A stretch of DNA of 64,000 nt from Heptranchias perlo (lineage: Eukaryota): assembly GCF_035084215.1 (NCBI RefSeq), contig NC_090327.1, positions 86,986,001-87,050,000 of the forward strand, read 5' to 3'. The first letter of the stretch is position 1. Each line of letters starts with the position of its first letter. The notes beneath the pieces are model-generated. The model had not been told where the DNA came from. It did not search any database and saw only the letters and a list, made by a program, of their open reading frames with translations. This document shows positions 1 to 13,240 of the stretch, piece by piece. The position numbers and the translations under genes were made by a program.

Positions 1-33
1 CCCACATCCTGTGAATGAATAAATAAAAAAAAA
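1..33 (+). mobile_element. 3' end of an HE1-SINE/HER1-LINE-type element
   Basis: CCCACATCCTGTGAATGAATAAATAAAA resembles the 3' ends at ~16870, ~49880 and ~63440. Confidence 0.55.
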
Positions 34-430
34 GCCATGTGGCTCTGCCAAAATCCTCTACTCCTCTGACTCCAGATTACTGCTTATTCACTGCTTCCTT
101 TACTTCACCATGAGAGGTCTTTCCTTCAGCTACTACACCCATGGCCTCTGAAACACTCTCCCAATATGACTTTGCTGTACTATTTCCCTCACTGCCTTCA
201 AAAGCCTCCGAAAAACTCATCTCTTCAATTGTACCTTTGGTTCCCTTCCCTTTCCTGTCACAAGTCAAGAATCTTGTTTAGATCATTTACCTATTTGAAC
301 ACTTTGAAAGCTGAAATGCTCGGTGGGAATCACAATTAAGATAACCTGCATTTCTTTCAAAGAAGCGTTTAGCAAATGCCAACAATATCTGAGGATCTTA
401 TTTAAGTGAGTAATTTAAAGGTTCACATTG

Positions 431-3400
431 TAGAAACATAGAAAATAGGATCAAGAGCAGGCCATTCGGCCCTTCGGGCCTGATCGTCTAGCTCAGTACC
501 CTGTTCCAGCTTTTTCCCCATATCTCTTGATCCCTTTAGCATTAAGAAATATATCTATCTCCTCCTTGAATACATCTAATGACTTGGCCTCCACTGCATT
601 CTGTGGTAGAGAATTCCACAGGTTCACCACCCTCTGAGTGAAGAAATTTCTCCTCATCTCGGTTCTAAATGGCATACCCCATATCCTGAGACTGTGACCC
701 CTGGTTCTGGACTCCCCAGCCAACGGGAACATCCTCCCTGCATCTAGTCTGTCTAGTCCTGTTAGAATTTTATATGTTTCGATGAGATCACCTCTCATTC
801 TTCTAAACTCTCGTGAATATAGGCCTAGTCGACCCAATCTCCTCATACGTCAGTTTTGCCATCCCAGGAATCAATCTGGTAAACCTTCGTTGCACTCCCT
901 CCATGGCAAGGACATCCTTCCTCAGATAAGGAGACCAAAACTGCACACAATACTCCAGATGTGGTCTCACCAAGGCCCTGTATAACTGCAGTAAGACATC
1001 CCTGCTCCTGTACTCAAATCCTCTTGCAATGAAGGCCAACATAACATTCGCCTTCCTAACTGCTTGCTGCACCTGAATGCTCGCTTTCAGCGACTGGTGT
1101 ACAAGGACATCCAGGTCTTGTTGCACCTCCCCTTTTCCCAATCTATCACCATTCAGATGATAATCCGCCTTTCTGTTTTTACAACCAAAGTGGATAATCT
1201 CACATTTATCCACGTTATACTGCATCTGCCATGTTCTTGCCCACTCACCCAACTTGTCTAAATCACATTGGAGCCTCTTTGCATCCTCCTCACAGCTCAC
1301 ATTCCACCCCAGTTTTGTGTCGTCTGCAAACTTGGAAATGTTACATTTAGTTCCCTCATCCAAATCATTGATATATATTGTGAATAGCTGGGGCCCAAGC
1401 ACTGATCCCTGCGGTACCCCACTAGTCACTGCCTGCCACCCGGGAAAAGACCCGTTTATTCCTACTCTCTGTTTCCTGTCTGTCAACCAATTCTCAATCC
1501 ATGCCAGTATATTCCCCCCAATCCCATGTGCTTTAATTTTGCACACTAACCTCTTGTGTGGGACCTTATCAAAAGCCTTCTGAAAATCCAAATACACCAC
1601 ATCCACTGGTTCTCCCCTATCTATTCTACTAGTTACATCCTTAAAAAGCTCCAGTAGATTTGTTAAGCATGATTTCCCTTTCACAAACCCATGCTGACTT
1701 TGTCCAATCCCGTTAATGCCCTCCAAGTGTTCTGTTATCACATCTTTTATAATAGACTCGAGCATTTTCCCCACTACTGATGTTAGGCTAACTGGTCTGT
1801 AATTCCCTGTTTTTTGTCTCCCTCCCTTTTTAAATAGTGGGGTTACATTTACCACCCTCCAATCTGTAGGAACTGTTACAGAGTCTATCGAATTTTGGAA
1901 GATGATCACCAATGCATGCATTATTTCCAGGGCCACTTCCTTTAGTACTCTGGGACGTAGATTATCAGGCCCTGGGGATTTGTCAGCCTTTAGCCCCATT
2001 AATTTCCCTAGCACTATTTTTTTTACTAATACTGGTTTCCTTCAGTTCCTCCCTCTCACCATACCCTTGGTTCCCTAACATTTCTGGGAGGTTATTTGTG
2101 TCCTCCTTTGTGAAGACAGAACCAAAGTATGTGTTTAATGGTTCTGCCATTTCTTTGTTCCCCATTATAATTTCCCCCATTTCTGACTATAAGGGACCTA
2201 CATTTGTCTTCACTAATCTTTTTCTCTTAACATATTTATTGAAGCTTTTACAGTCAGTTTTTATGTTCCCTGCTAGTTTACTCTCATACTTTATTTTTCC
2301 CCTCTTAATCAATCTTTTTGTCCTCCTTTGTTGAATTCTGAACTGCTCCCAATCCTCAGGCTTGCCGCTTTTTCTGGCAATTTTATATGCCTCCTCTTTG
2401 GATCTAATACTATCCCTAATTTCTTTTGTAAGCCACGGTTGAGCCACCTTTCCTGTTTTATTTTTGCGCCAGACAGGAATGAATAATTGTTGTAATTCCT
2501 GCACACGTTCTTCAAATATTAGCCATTGCCTATCCATCGTTATCCCTTTTAGTAAAGTTCCCCAATCTATCATAGCCAACTCGCACCTCATACTTTCGTA
2601 ATTTCCTTTATTTAGTTTCAGGACCCTAGTTTCGGATTCAACTACTTCACTCTCCATCTTAATGAGGAATTCTATCATGTTATGGTCGCTCTTTCCTAAG
2701 GGAGCCCGCACAACAAGATTGTTAATTAATCCTTTCTCATTGCACAATACCCAGTCTAGGATCGCCTGTTCTCTAGTTGGTTCCTCAAAATATTGGTCTA
2801 GAAAACCATCACGTACACACTCCAGGAATTCCTCCCCCACAGTATTGTTGCTAATTTGGATTGACCAATCTATATGTATATTGAAGTCACCCATGATTAC
2901 AGTTGTACCCTTCTTGCATGCGTCTCTAATTTCCTGTTTAATGCCCTCCCCTACATCTCCATTACTGTTTGGGGGCCTATAGACAACCCCAACAACGTTT
3001 TCTGCCCCTTGGTATTTCTTAGCTCCACCCATACAGATTCCACATCATGATTTTCCGAGCCAATATCCTTCCTCATGATTGCATTGATTTCCTCCTTTAC
3101 TAACAATGCTACCTCACCTCCTTTCCCTTTTTGCCTGTCCTTCCTAAATATTGAATACCCCTGGATGTTCAGTTCCCATCCTTGGTCACCCTGCAGCCGT
3201 GTCTCCGTAATCGCAACTATATCATAACCGTTAATATCTATCTGCGCTGTTAATTCATCTACCTTCTTGCGAATACTCCGCGCATTTGGACACAATGCCT
3301 TTAGACTTGTCTTTTTAAGATTGCTAGTCATCTTAGTTTTATTTTGCACTATGGCCCTATTTGTTTTTCGCCCTTGTTTTCTCTGCTTTCCACTATTGCT

Positions 3401-3857
3401 CCTTCTCTTTCTGTCTTATTTTTCTATCCTTGTTTCCCCCTCCTCTGTCTCCCTACTCAGGTTCCCATCCTCCTGCCATTCTAGTTTAACCTTCCCCAAC
3501 AGCACTAGCAAACACCCCCGCGAGGACATCGGTCCCGGTCCTGCTCGGGTGTAACCCGTCCCGCTTGTGCAGGTCCCACCTTCCCCAGAACCGGTCCCAA
3601 TGTCCCAGGAATCTAAATCCCTCCCTCCTACACCATCCCTGCAGCCATGCATTCATCTGGTCTATTTTCCTGTTCCTATACTCACTAGCATGTGGCACTG
3701 GTAGTAATCCTGAGATCACTACCTTTGAGGTCCTGCTTTTTAATTTATTTCCTAACTCTTAAATTCACCCTGAAGGAACTCATCCCTTTTTTTACCTATG
3801 TCGTTGGTACCGATATGGACCACGACTACTGGCTGTTCACCCTCCCCCTCCAGAATG
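431..3857 (-). mobile_element. CR1-clade LINE, 5'-truncated within ORF1, with a frameshifted ORF2
   Basis: ORF1 SGNH/esterase-like C-terminus (3486-3719, ...FLGHWDRFWGRWDLHKRDGLH...). APE endonuclease (2951-3349 DIVAITET; 2187-3032 MGDFN, SDH). RT (803-2014 YLDFQKAFDKV, GVPQGSVLGP, FADD). C-terminus at 493-846. (ATAGAAAC)-type tail at ~431-445. Confidence 0.95.
803..2014 (-). pseudogene. CR1 ORF2 reverse transcriptase domain, the longest open segment (403 aa)
   Basis: Canonical non-LTR RT motifs including FADD. Frameshifts on both sides mean it is not an intact ORF2. Confidence 0.9.
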
Positions 3858-4469
3858 TAAAGCATTTAATTGTTGAGCAATTTTTTTTTGTGCTTTGGTG
3901 TTAATCTATGTTTAATTTTCTCAGCTTTAGAGCCAATTTTTTTAAATATATAGTTATTTCTTCAACTGAGCTGAATTCAAATGTCAGCACATTAGCATTC
4001 ATAGCAAGCATTTGGAGTCCAATTTACACACAGAAGGCCGTAAAAGGCAGTGAGCGGCATGGATAACTGAAGATAAATTTGCTTTTTGAGTGATCATCCC
4101 ATTTTACAGGCAGGGTAGGTCACGTAGGTGAAGTGTAAAGCCTACTATCTATGGCATTTTAAAGATAAATACACTTTTAATAGAGATTAAGATGAAGTGG
4201 TAATATATTTATGTACTATCAGTTATCATTTTGTCATTTTGAACCTGCCAGAGAGAAACTTGTTGTGCCTGAAGCTATTTTGACAGTAAATATCAAAAGA
4301 ATTGTGATTGTGTGGTTAAGCACTGTACATATCTGATGAGTGACAAAGCCTCCATCACTTATTAGAAGATAACAACAGTATATCCATGATTTCCTCCATT
4401 ATGTTTTTCTATGTAAGTTCTCATTAATTATTTAAAAGATAATGGAAAATTGGATTATTTCATATTAAT

Positions 4470-4970
4470 TTATTTCATTTTATTGGAATGCAGGTGATAC
4501 TGGTGAGGCTAGATTTATTGCCCATCCCTAGTTACCCTGAAAGGCATTGATAATCTTCCTAAACTGCTACAGTCCTTGTGGGGATGGTGCTTAATTGTAG
4601 CAATTGTTTGTACATCTAAGTGGCTTGCTAGGCCACTTCAAAGGGCATTAAGATTCAATCATGTAGTGTGGACTCGAGTCACATGTAAGCCAGACTAGGT
4701 AGAGGTCTGGCCTAGGTTAAGCACCTTGGGACGTTTTACTATGTTAAAGGTTCTATATAAAGGCAAGGCGTTATTGTTGTTGTTGAGGTAGCAGGTTCTT
4801 TTTCCTGAGAGCATTAGTGAACCACTTGGGTTTTTACAACAAACTGCAACCTTCATGGTCATCTATTTTTTGTGGCCTGATTTATTGACTTCAGTTTTAC
4901 AACTTGCCATGGTGGGGTTTGAACTCAGAACCTCTAAGTTGCTCATACCATAACCATTACATCAGTATAT
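4470..4970 (-). mobile_element. Degenerate HE1-type tRNA-derived SINE with a short inserted SINE/L2 tail (~4720-4785)
   Basis: Reverse-complement similarity to the SINE at 16412-16895 (ATTTATTGCCCATCCCTAG, GGCTTGCTAGGCCAC, CATTAGTGAACC, GGGTTTGAACTC B-box). Confidence 0.65.
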
Positions 4971-5524
4971 CCCATTTTTTTAGCCCCTCACTGTTGCCCC
5001 AAGATGGAACTTCCTGTTCCTTTCTTCATAATGATGAATAAATTAAACAAAACAAAAAAAAGGTAAAATTGTTTATTTTGCAGTTACAATATTTGATAAG
5101 TATTTGGAATGAAATTGCTTTCACTCTTTATTTGTTCAATTTAATTAATATTTCACCTGTTATGAACATTTTTAAATCTTTATACATAAGTTATTTTTGA
5201 AACCAAAAAAAATGCTGACCTTTTTGGGTTTGAAAGGATTAAGGATTACTTTGTTTAATGAGTCCTTTCTCTATCCTTCCTTTCTTGTTCCTCTGGGCAT
5301 GGTATTATACCTCATTTATTTCCCACACTCTGGGCTGGAATACTGTATGTGCTATCCCATCTCTACATTTCAGGAATCAGTTGCTATGGTGCTCCTCATT
5401 TATGGGTAGGAATTCTTCTTTGGTAGTGCTCATAAGACATTAGCAGAAAAATTGTCTTTTGGTAAATCAAAATAGCTGCTCTCCAAATATCTCTTTGTTG
5501 GTGGGAATAGAGGACACAACAGAA

Positions 5525-6190
5525 AGAATGCAGTTTACATAGCACATTATTACGTCTATCAGAAACATCAAAAGCACCTCACATACAACGAGAGACTTTT
5601 TGAAGTGCACTGACAATTGTTATAGGGGCGAACATGGAGGCCATTTTGTGCACAACAAGATCCCACAAACAGAAATTAGATGAGTAACCAATTAATCAAT
5701 TTTTGGTAGTGCTGGTTGAGGAGAGAATATTGGCCAGGTCAAGAGGAGACTCCCTGCTTTTCTTCAAATAATGCCATAGGATTTTTTTTAAGCTTTTGTT
5801 TCTTTTTCCCCCTCCTAAAATCTTTTCAAGATAAGGTATGTTTCCCATTTCAAGCAACCACTGTCAGCATCATGCACTCCTATGGCAGGTATAGCACAGT
5901 CAGATGCAGAATAAAGCTTGGTCTTTTCTGCCCCCATGACATGCCTCAGCCACAACCTCGGGAGATCACCTACACTGTATAACATTTCCCCATACCAACC
6001 ATCCTCTGGTCTTCCTGAGTAATATTGCCAATTTGACCAAATTAGAAATCTTTTTGTGCTGTAGGCCCATGCCCAATACAAATTAAATTGAGTCTGCTCA
6101 AACTCATACAGGGCCTCATTTTAATCTCATATCTGAAGAACAGCATCTCTGACACTGCAGCACTCCCTCAGTACTGCATTAAAATGTAGG
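5525..6190 (-). mobile_element. Deu-domain SINE (SacSINE1/AmnSINE-like), interrupted at ~5790-6105
   Basis: TTTTGAAGTG..GCCATTTTGTGCACA..AAGATCCCACAAAC..CTCCCTGCT..CTTCAAATA and CATCTCTGACACTGCAGCACTCCCTCAGTACTGCA. A similar copy lies at 52135-52500. Confidence 0.6.
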
Positions 6191-6272
6191 CCAGACTTGT
6201 TTGTGCAATGGACCTTTACTTTAAAAATAACAGTGGGATAACTCTCTAGAGAGCAATAATACAATAAATGTT

Positions 6273-6481
6273 AGGAATCTTACAACACCAGGTTATAGTC
6301 CAACAGTTTTATTTGAAAATCACAAGCTTTCGGAGCTTACCTCCTTCGTCAGGTGAGTGAGTGAAGGAGGTAAGCTCCGAAAGCTTGTGATTTTCAAATA
6401 AAACTGTTGGATTATAACCTGGTGTTGTAAGATTCCTTACATTTGTCCACCCCAGTCCATCACCGGCATCTCCACATCATG
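6273..6481 (+). mobile_element. Penelope-like foldback insertion (inverted arm, direct arm, ~40-nt tail), copy 1
   Basis: 75-bp inverted arms at 6273-6347 and 6363-6437 (1 mismatch). Tail ...GTCCACCCCAGTCCATCACCGGCATCTCCACATCATG. 12-bp TSD ACAATAAATGTT at 6261-6272 and 6482-6493. Confidence 0.85.
6320..6356 (-). ncRNA. Minimal type I hammerhead ribozyme motif
   Basis: Minus strand reads TCAC-CTGACGA-A-GGAG(GTAAG)CTCC-GAAA-GC-TT-GTGA: stem I, CUGANGA core, stem II, GAAA, palindromic mini stem III (AAGCTT), UH, stem I'. Confidence 0.8.
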
Positions 6482-7677
6482 ACAATAAATGTTGGCATGG
6501 AATCATAAAGATCTTCCACCAGTTCAGGCTGTTTTGCATAAATGCACAATACTGTTCTGCTGAAGAACAAATCTGCTTCTTTTGTAATAATAACTTGTTA
6601 GAAACTGTTGCTTGATTTACCTATTTTCTTTTCCTGTCTGCACCTCTCACTTCCCTGTGCCCTTGGTATTTGTGTCCTGGAAACTGGAATTTTTTCACGA
6701 TTTAGAATCCCAGATGATCGGCCAAGGCTCATGTGCAGGACATTGCCAAGGTTGAAAAGAGGAGAGAATAAAAGATAAATCAATAAGTTGTGGTTAGGTG
6801 ACGCCAACCTTGAGTTTTAAAAGCCCAGGAGGAAGGAAAGACTGAGAAATAGAATGAAAACTCTCTCTTCTAAAAAGGGCTGAAAAACAGTTGGGCAGCA
6901 GTATTATCATTATAATAGATGGATGGTATAATGGAATATTCTATCAGACAAAAGATGAATTGCACAGCGGCCCCATTTGGATTCTTGTGGTCAGGTTTAA
7001 AGCTCAAGAATCTGGTCCATGAGGTGAACAATGATTGTGGTTTTTGATTGACAGGCCAAGAGCACCTCCAAAATGCACTTGATCTTCATCCACTCTCTTC
7101 TTTCTCTTGGCTTTCTTTATTTTGTCTTTTTTTTCTCTATCCCTTTATAACTATACAGGTAGGAAAATTGGGTAGAACTGTTATAATTTAATTGTACAGG
7201 ACTATAGGAATGATCTTTGTCTATGGTGTACTGGAACTGTACGATTTTAGGTCATGTGTTCAAGTAAGTGCTGCTCTGCTGCTGTTGTGTTGCTTTATTT
7301 GCTGCTTTGCTGTAATACTTATCTTTTCATTAGGAAAAGAAAACCTTTTCCCTAGTTGACAGAGCACTTAAAACAGCCCGCACAATGAGTTCCCAATTTC
7401 TGCCGAGCCATTTGGATGAGGCATTTTCACGAAGGGCTGAAGGGAAAATTAAAGGCCAAATTAATCAGCCATTTCTTCATGGTGAATTATAGATTGCTGT
7501 TGGCAGCACCTGCAATCAGGTTGCAAACCTTTCCCCATCGTGATCAGCGAACAGGGAATGGAAAGGTTGGGAACATCAATAGGATGAGAAAATACTTAGA
7601 AGTGGGGGTGGATAATTAATATAATAGTATAATTTTTATTTATACTAGTAAATATCAACACCGAGTATCAACAATAT

Positions 7678-8045
7678 CAACAACAACTTGCATTTATATA
7701 GCGCCTTTAACATAGTAAAATGTCTCAGGAGCGTAATCAGACAAAAATTGACACCGAACCATAGAAGGAGATCTTAGGACAGGTGATTAAAATCTTGGTA
7801 AAAGAGGAGAGAAAGGTAAAGAGGAGGAGGTTATTAGGGAGGGAATTCCAGAGTTTATGGGCCTAGACTGCCGAGGGCACAGGCATCAATGGTGGGGTGA
7901 AGGAAGTGGAGGATGCACAAGAAGCCAGAGTTGGAAGAATGCGGAGTTCTTGGAGGATTGTAGAGTTGGAGGAGGTTACAGAGATAGGGTAGGGTGAAGC
8001 CATGGAGGACTTTGAACACAAAGTTAGAACTTTAAAATCGAGGTG
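7678..8045 (-). mobile_element. L2-clade LINE 3' fragment
   Basis: (CAA)n tail followed by CTTGCATTTATATAGCGCCTTTAAC. Same family as 30501, 39655 and 49235. Confidence 0.75.
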
Positions 8046-10945
8046 TAAATCAATAAAATAATGTTCAATTTGCCTCAATTTGATGAACAGTAAAATAAAA
8101 CAAAAACATATAAAGGTGAGGGAATTCCAAACTGAGGGAACTTTCCCCTTGTGATTAATTATCTTGTGGTGTCTGTGAGTGAGATTGCTAATACAGTATC
8201 AATTTGTGCAGAATTAAGGGGACTTTTATTTTACGGTAGGCTAGCAACTGGATTGTGATTGTCCAAACTCACTATGTGTAGAGAAGAGAGAGTTTCAACC
8301 TATCAGTTTGTGCTGGATTCTAACCAAAATTCCAGAGGTGAAATGTCTGAAATTAATGACTGGAAAGCCATGCGCCACACATAACCAAATTTATAATGTG
8401 TACTTCCAGTGGGCAAGACTCCCTGACAGGGGCTCAAGGTCAGAAATTCATTCCTTATATTTAAAAAGTGTTCCTTTTACAAATTCACCTGGAATATAAA
8501 TTTTTTTAAAGGCTTAAACTGCAGAAGAATCTGTGGCTTAGTTCATCCCACCCTCCTGGATGAAAGAAGAAGCCTGGCAGTGAGTGATAACAGTGGTGAT
8601 CTGGCAGGAGGAAAGCAATTGGAAAATAAGAACTCCAATCTGGAACTTTGAAAAAAATCCTTTAAAGCACATCCTCTTTATGAATAAATGTTTGGCATAA
8701 TTTTTTTAACTTGTACGCAAGCACGTGATGGGATAACTTAAATTTCACTAAAATATGTCACCACTTCACCTGCAAATGATGTCATTATAATAGAAATGCT
8801 TCATGGCTCTTCTGGCTTTTCTCTCATACAAAACAAAAGGTTTGATGTGTTTTTACCCGATTAGGGTAAACACTATTTTTTTACCCTATTTTAACCTTTG
8901 CATGTCCTTCCACTGAGGCAAAGGCCAAAAAGAATGTGACAGGCAGTCTCCTCCCAGCTGATACACTCCTAGCCATCCACTAGGACAACATTGTCCAGTA
9001 GAAATTTCTGACTAGCTACAGGTGTGGTTATGGTGTCACTGTTATAGCCACATGCACTAATTTTAGTAGAAAACACCTTACATACACTTACACAATGCAG
9101 GTCAATGTACTTCATGTGCATATTTACTTAATAAACATCTACCACCATTCAATAGCCAAGGAAGTAAAGCACTCAAAACGACCAAAATACACTCGCAGTT
9201 TTTTGTCTAACCATTTTACCAAGAAACACGCAAAAAGGTTAAAGTACACATGTATTAGCCATGTGAATACAAATATTGAGTTCGCATGCCCAATGACGCT
9301 GTCTAGTACTCATTTTTTAATTTACTGATCAAAAATGCAGTTAGTCTCATCTGGATTCCCAATTATCCACATGTGGTTAATAGCTAATGTATTTGACAAC
9401 ACTGCACTAGGAGAGACCCAACAGCAGCACACTGAGCATTATGGGTCTGATTTTCTATCCCCCTCATGAGCACAAAGGTAGTTGAAATCAAGGGTCCACC
9501 TTTGGTCTATGGCATTGCATCGAAATGCTCTGGTGCACAGTGCAACCAGCCAAATTGTTTTCCCTAAAAACATGCACCTATTAAGAAAAATGTTTTAGTC
9601 CTCAGCAGAGGCAGCAGTATAAGGGTTAAAAGAATTGGTTCCTTAATTGGTCTCAGAAAATATAGGTTCGACAGTGGCATCAACCAGTGAAAGTGAAAGC
9701 ATTACCAGCAGTTCCCACATGTCTCTAATACTTGCACCTTTCTAACATTCTTTCCTGACAACCACCTCCTTTAATGTGATCCAGACATTTACCAGAAAAT
9801 GCATGTTGACCCCAAGAGTGCTTAAAGCAAGAATGCCTAGTTCACTGAAGTAAGATAGGTTACAGATCTGCCTTTAGTACTGCTAGAATTCAGACTCATT
9901 GCTTCATGACAGCTTTAGGAACAGATTTGCCTTTGTTGTTTTTAGTGACATTTTTAATTAGTTCAAACTCTTTACAAAAACACAAACCTGATTAATGACT
10001 ATTATAAATAACAGCCGCTACATGCTCCTTGCACCTGCAGAAAATCAAGCTCATTGTTCTATTTTTCTCTTTCAAATGATATCATGTTAAGCAATAAAAC
10101 ATTTTATTATCTTCTGTATGGCACACTTTTCCAACTGACATCTGTCTGAGCCTTCATAGATTTAAAATATTTTCTCCAGTAGCCTCTTTAAAACATTTAG
10201 GTTATAGTCTAACAATCATTACATTACAGATACACCTAACATGCAGGTTTGATCTGTTGAGGATATTTTGAAAAACTTATAACAATATGTTTGGCTTCAC
10301 TCGGCCTGGAAACCTGTCATTGATTTATAGCAGAGCTGCCCATGTGAATCAACAGTGTCACAAAGACAATGGAGCATGAAAGGAAATGTTTCAATAAAGA
10401 CAGCACAATAAACACACCTATCGATAATCTGACAGCAATAATGAGCTCAAAGGTATGTGTTCTTGCATATTTTGTTAAAGTGAGCTCTCTTTAAATACTT
10501 GTTTTCTCCCTGTGCCCAAACGGCACTGACATCATAAAACTCATGTGTTGTTTGTGATGTAAGTTATTGCCTAAGTGGCAGGGGTAAATGAAGAACTGAA
10601 TGTCTTACTCGAAGTGTTCCAGAACAATTTCAGTTTATTTGCTAAGTATCCAAATGATAGCTCAACGTATTCTTGCTAATAAAGTGATGGAGCCATATAC
10701 AAAAGAACAAAATGACACTGTACCATCAAAATGCAACTACACACTGGATTGCAGGCAACATTGCAATTATAAATCTTTCTGGAAATTTACAAGGCAAAAA
10801 AAAATCTATATTAGTAGCAAAATCTCAACTGGAATGAATGTATCGTCCCTAAATTGAAATAGTAAGTACAAAATGGAGCTTCGAACAGCATCACCTATTG
10901 TAACTGACACCAGCAATATTTCAGTCCCAAGAGCTACAGGTGAAA

Positions 10946-11563
10946 ATCATAGAATCATAGAATCAGAATGATACAGCACAGAAGGAGGCCATTTGGCCCA
11001 TCATGCCTGTGCTGGCACTTTGAAAGAGCTATCCAATTAGTCCCATTCCCCTGCCCTTTCCCAATAGCCCTGAAAATGTTTCCCTTTCAAGTATTTATCC
11101 AATTCCCTTTTGAAAGTTATTATTGAATCTGCTTCCACCAACCTTTCAGGCAGTGCATTCCAGATCTTGCTGCATCAAAAAATTTCTCCTCATCTCGCCT
11201 CTGGTTCTTTTGCCAATTACCTTAAATCTGTGTCCTCTGGTTACCGACCCTTTTACCCACAGTCCTTATTTACTCTATCAAAAACATGATTTTGAATGCC
11301 TCTATTAAATCTCCCCGTCTCCTTCTCTGTTCTAAGGAGAACAACCCCAGCTTCTCTAATCTCTCCACGTAACTGAAGTCCAGCATCCCTGGTACCATTC
11401 TAGTAAATCTCCTCTGCACCCTTTCCAAGGCCTTTTAAAGTGTGGTGCCCAGAATTGGAAACAATACTTCAGCTGAAGCCTTACCTGTGATTTATAAAGG
11501 TTTAGCATAACTTCCTTGCTTTTGTACTCTATGCCTCTGTTTATAAAGCCATGGATCCCGTAT
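10946..11563 (-). mobile_element. CR1 3' fragment
   Basis: (ATAGAATC)n tail; ORF 11356-11595 GFINRGIEYKSKEVMLNLYK. Confidence 0.85.
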
Positions 11564-12967
11564 TGGGTCTCTTCAGAAAATGATACCATGGTCAAATAAA
11601 TAGGAAAACCATGTTTATTTGACTGATGCGTGGTTTAGAAAATTTCATGCTAAAAGTCCCACTGGATCTTCATCTGCGCGTTTTTTAGGACTTGCTGCTG
11701 GTGTCGGTTACAATGTGAGATACTGCTTAAATCTTCACTCTGTACTTATCACTTTGATGTACTGGAGTGGAGTTATGGTCATTCATTCATTCCAACTCAG
11801 ACATGTTTGTTTACCTGTTTCGCCAATATTTATTTTTTAAGATATTGCACATGTAGTTTCAGTGTAAATTAAATTAAATCCATGCACCTACCAGGATGAC
11901 CTGACAGAGCTCAAAAAGATACCAGGCAAGGAGCAAAAGCATGGCTTAAAGACATAACAGATCACGGAGAGGGATATAAGGGAAATGGGGGGGAGGGCAG
12001 ATATGACAGGAAAGAGACCATTAAAAACTATTAACCTATTTTTAAGAAGTCTACTCCAAAATGCTGGAAAATGCACCAAAAGAAGTGTCAAAAATCAAGG
12101 TTTTCTGATTGTGATGCTCCCAGATATCACAAGAGATACACCCTGAACTTCAACTCTTGTGTCCCCTTTCATAAATGTCTATATCGGCTACTGAATAAGG
12201 TACAAGAATTTTTTGGTGGTGCCTACAGTAACATTTGTTAGTTACTGGGTTATTTAACAGTTGTGTAATTATATTAAATAATAAAGGTCTAATATTTGAG
12301 ATCGACTTAGATTGTTAATCTAATGAAGAGTTTTGAATTCACTAAGACTTTGACCGTTATATAAGTTAAAAATGGTAGCTTTACAATGAACGTTTGCACT
12401 GCCAGACAAAATGAAAATCTAGGCCAATGTCTTATGATCATTTTCTTAAAACGTACTTTGCATTGTCGCCAGTAGATCCTATTCCAAATAGATCGTTGCA
12501 ACTTAACACATTTATCTCTGACAAACTGTTATGACAAATGGATTCTTTTGAGTCCTTTCATTTTCCTGACTGGGGGTCTGCTAAGCACTGTCTTGGGCTC
12601 TGCCAGCCACAGCTGCTTTATTACCAGAAGTCAGACTGTCTCTTCCCAGCTCTTCCAGGCACACGTCAGAAATAACACAGCAGGGAATTGGGGGCAATCA
12701 CTCACAATCACCTTTCAACTGTAAGTAAAACCATGCAAATGAACACAACAATCATTCCCTCTAGCATGACTTTATCAAATAGCATGTGTCACATACGTGC
12801 ACCAAAATACATAGTCGCACAATTACGTTCTCTTCCTTAAGTGATGGAGAACATTGCCTTTTCAAAGTCACTTGTCAAAGATTTCATATGACATTGTGAA
12901 TAATATATGATACATTTTAATGTAAATACTTTTTTCTTTACTGTGATCGATATTACAAAAAGTATTA

Positions 12968-13240
12968 GGCCCAGAATTTCCTTGTAATTTTTGTCGCAAC
13001 AATGGCACCAAGTTTTTCTGAGGAAATATAGGTGTAAGTGACTAATGCTAGTTTTAGGTCAGAACCTCGCTATCCTCCAATTTCCTCAATCATTTGCACC
13101 GCTCCTGAGTTCTGTCTGCTGAAACCCCACCTAACTCACTAACATAGCTCTGTCCCCATGCAAAACACTAGAGAACTCGAGTTTCCTACATTTACCCGAG
13201 TTCTGTATGGGTGTAAATTTACAGCTAAAATTTTAGGCAC
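12968..13240. mobile_element. Left end of a Harbinger-type non-autonomous element (degenerate)
   Basis: Starts GGCCCAGAATTT, which matches the reverse complement of the terminus AAATTCTGGGCC at ~44263-44274. Confidence 0.35.

Noticed and set aside
782-2982. Plus-strand ORFs over CR1 (e.g. 1254-1583, 1912-2334, 2662-2982) and similar antisense ORFs over other LINEs
   Set aside because: They are shadow frames antisense to LINE ORF2 and recur in each copy; there is no independent coding evidence.
6273-6437. Long hairpins read as pre-miRNA, terminator or DNA-transposon MITE
   Set aside because: The asymmetric tail, 12-15 bp variable TSDs and hammerhead core fit a Penelope-like retroelement product better.
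7334-7492. 52-codon open frame after an AG (EKKTFSLVDRALK...)
   Set aside because: No recognisable homology and no convincing donor; more likely non-coding.
11591-11623. 10-bp inverted repeat GTCAAATAAA/TTTATTTGAC
   Set aside because: Short, AT-rich and next to a CR1 junction; compatible with chance or local repair.
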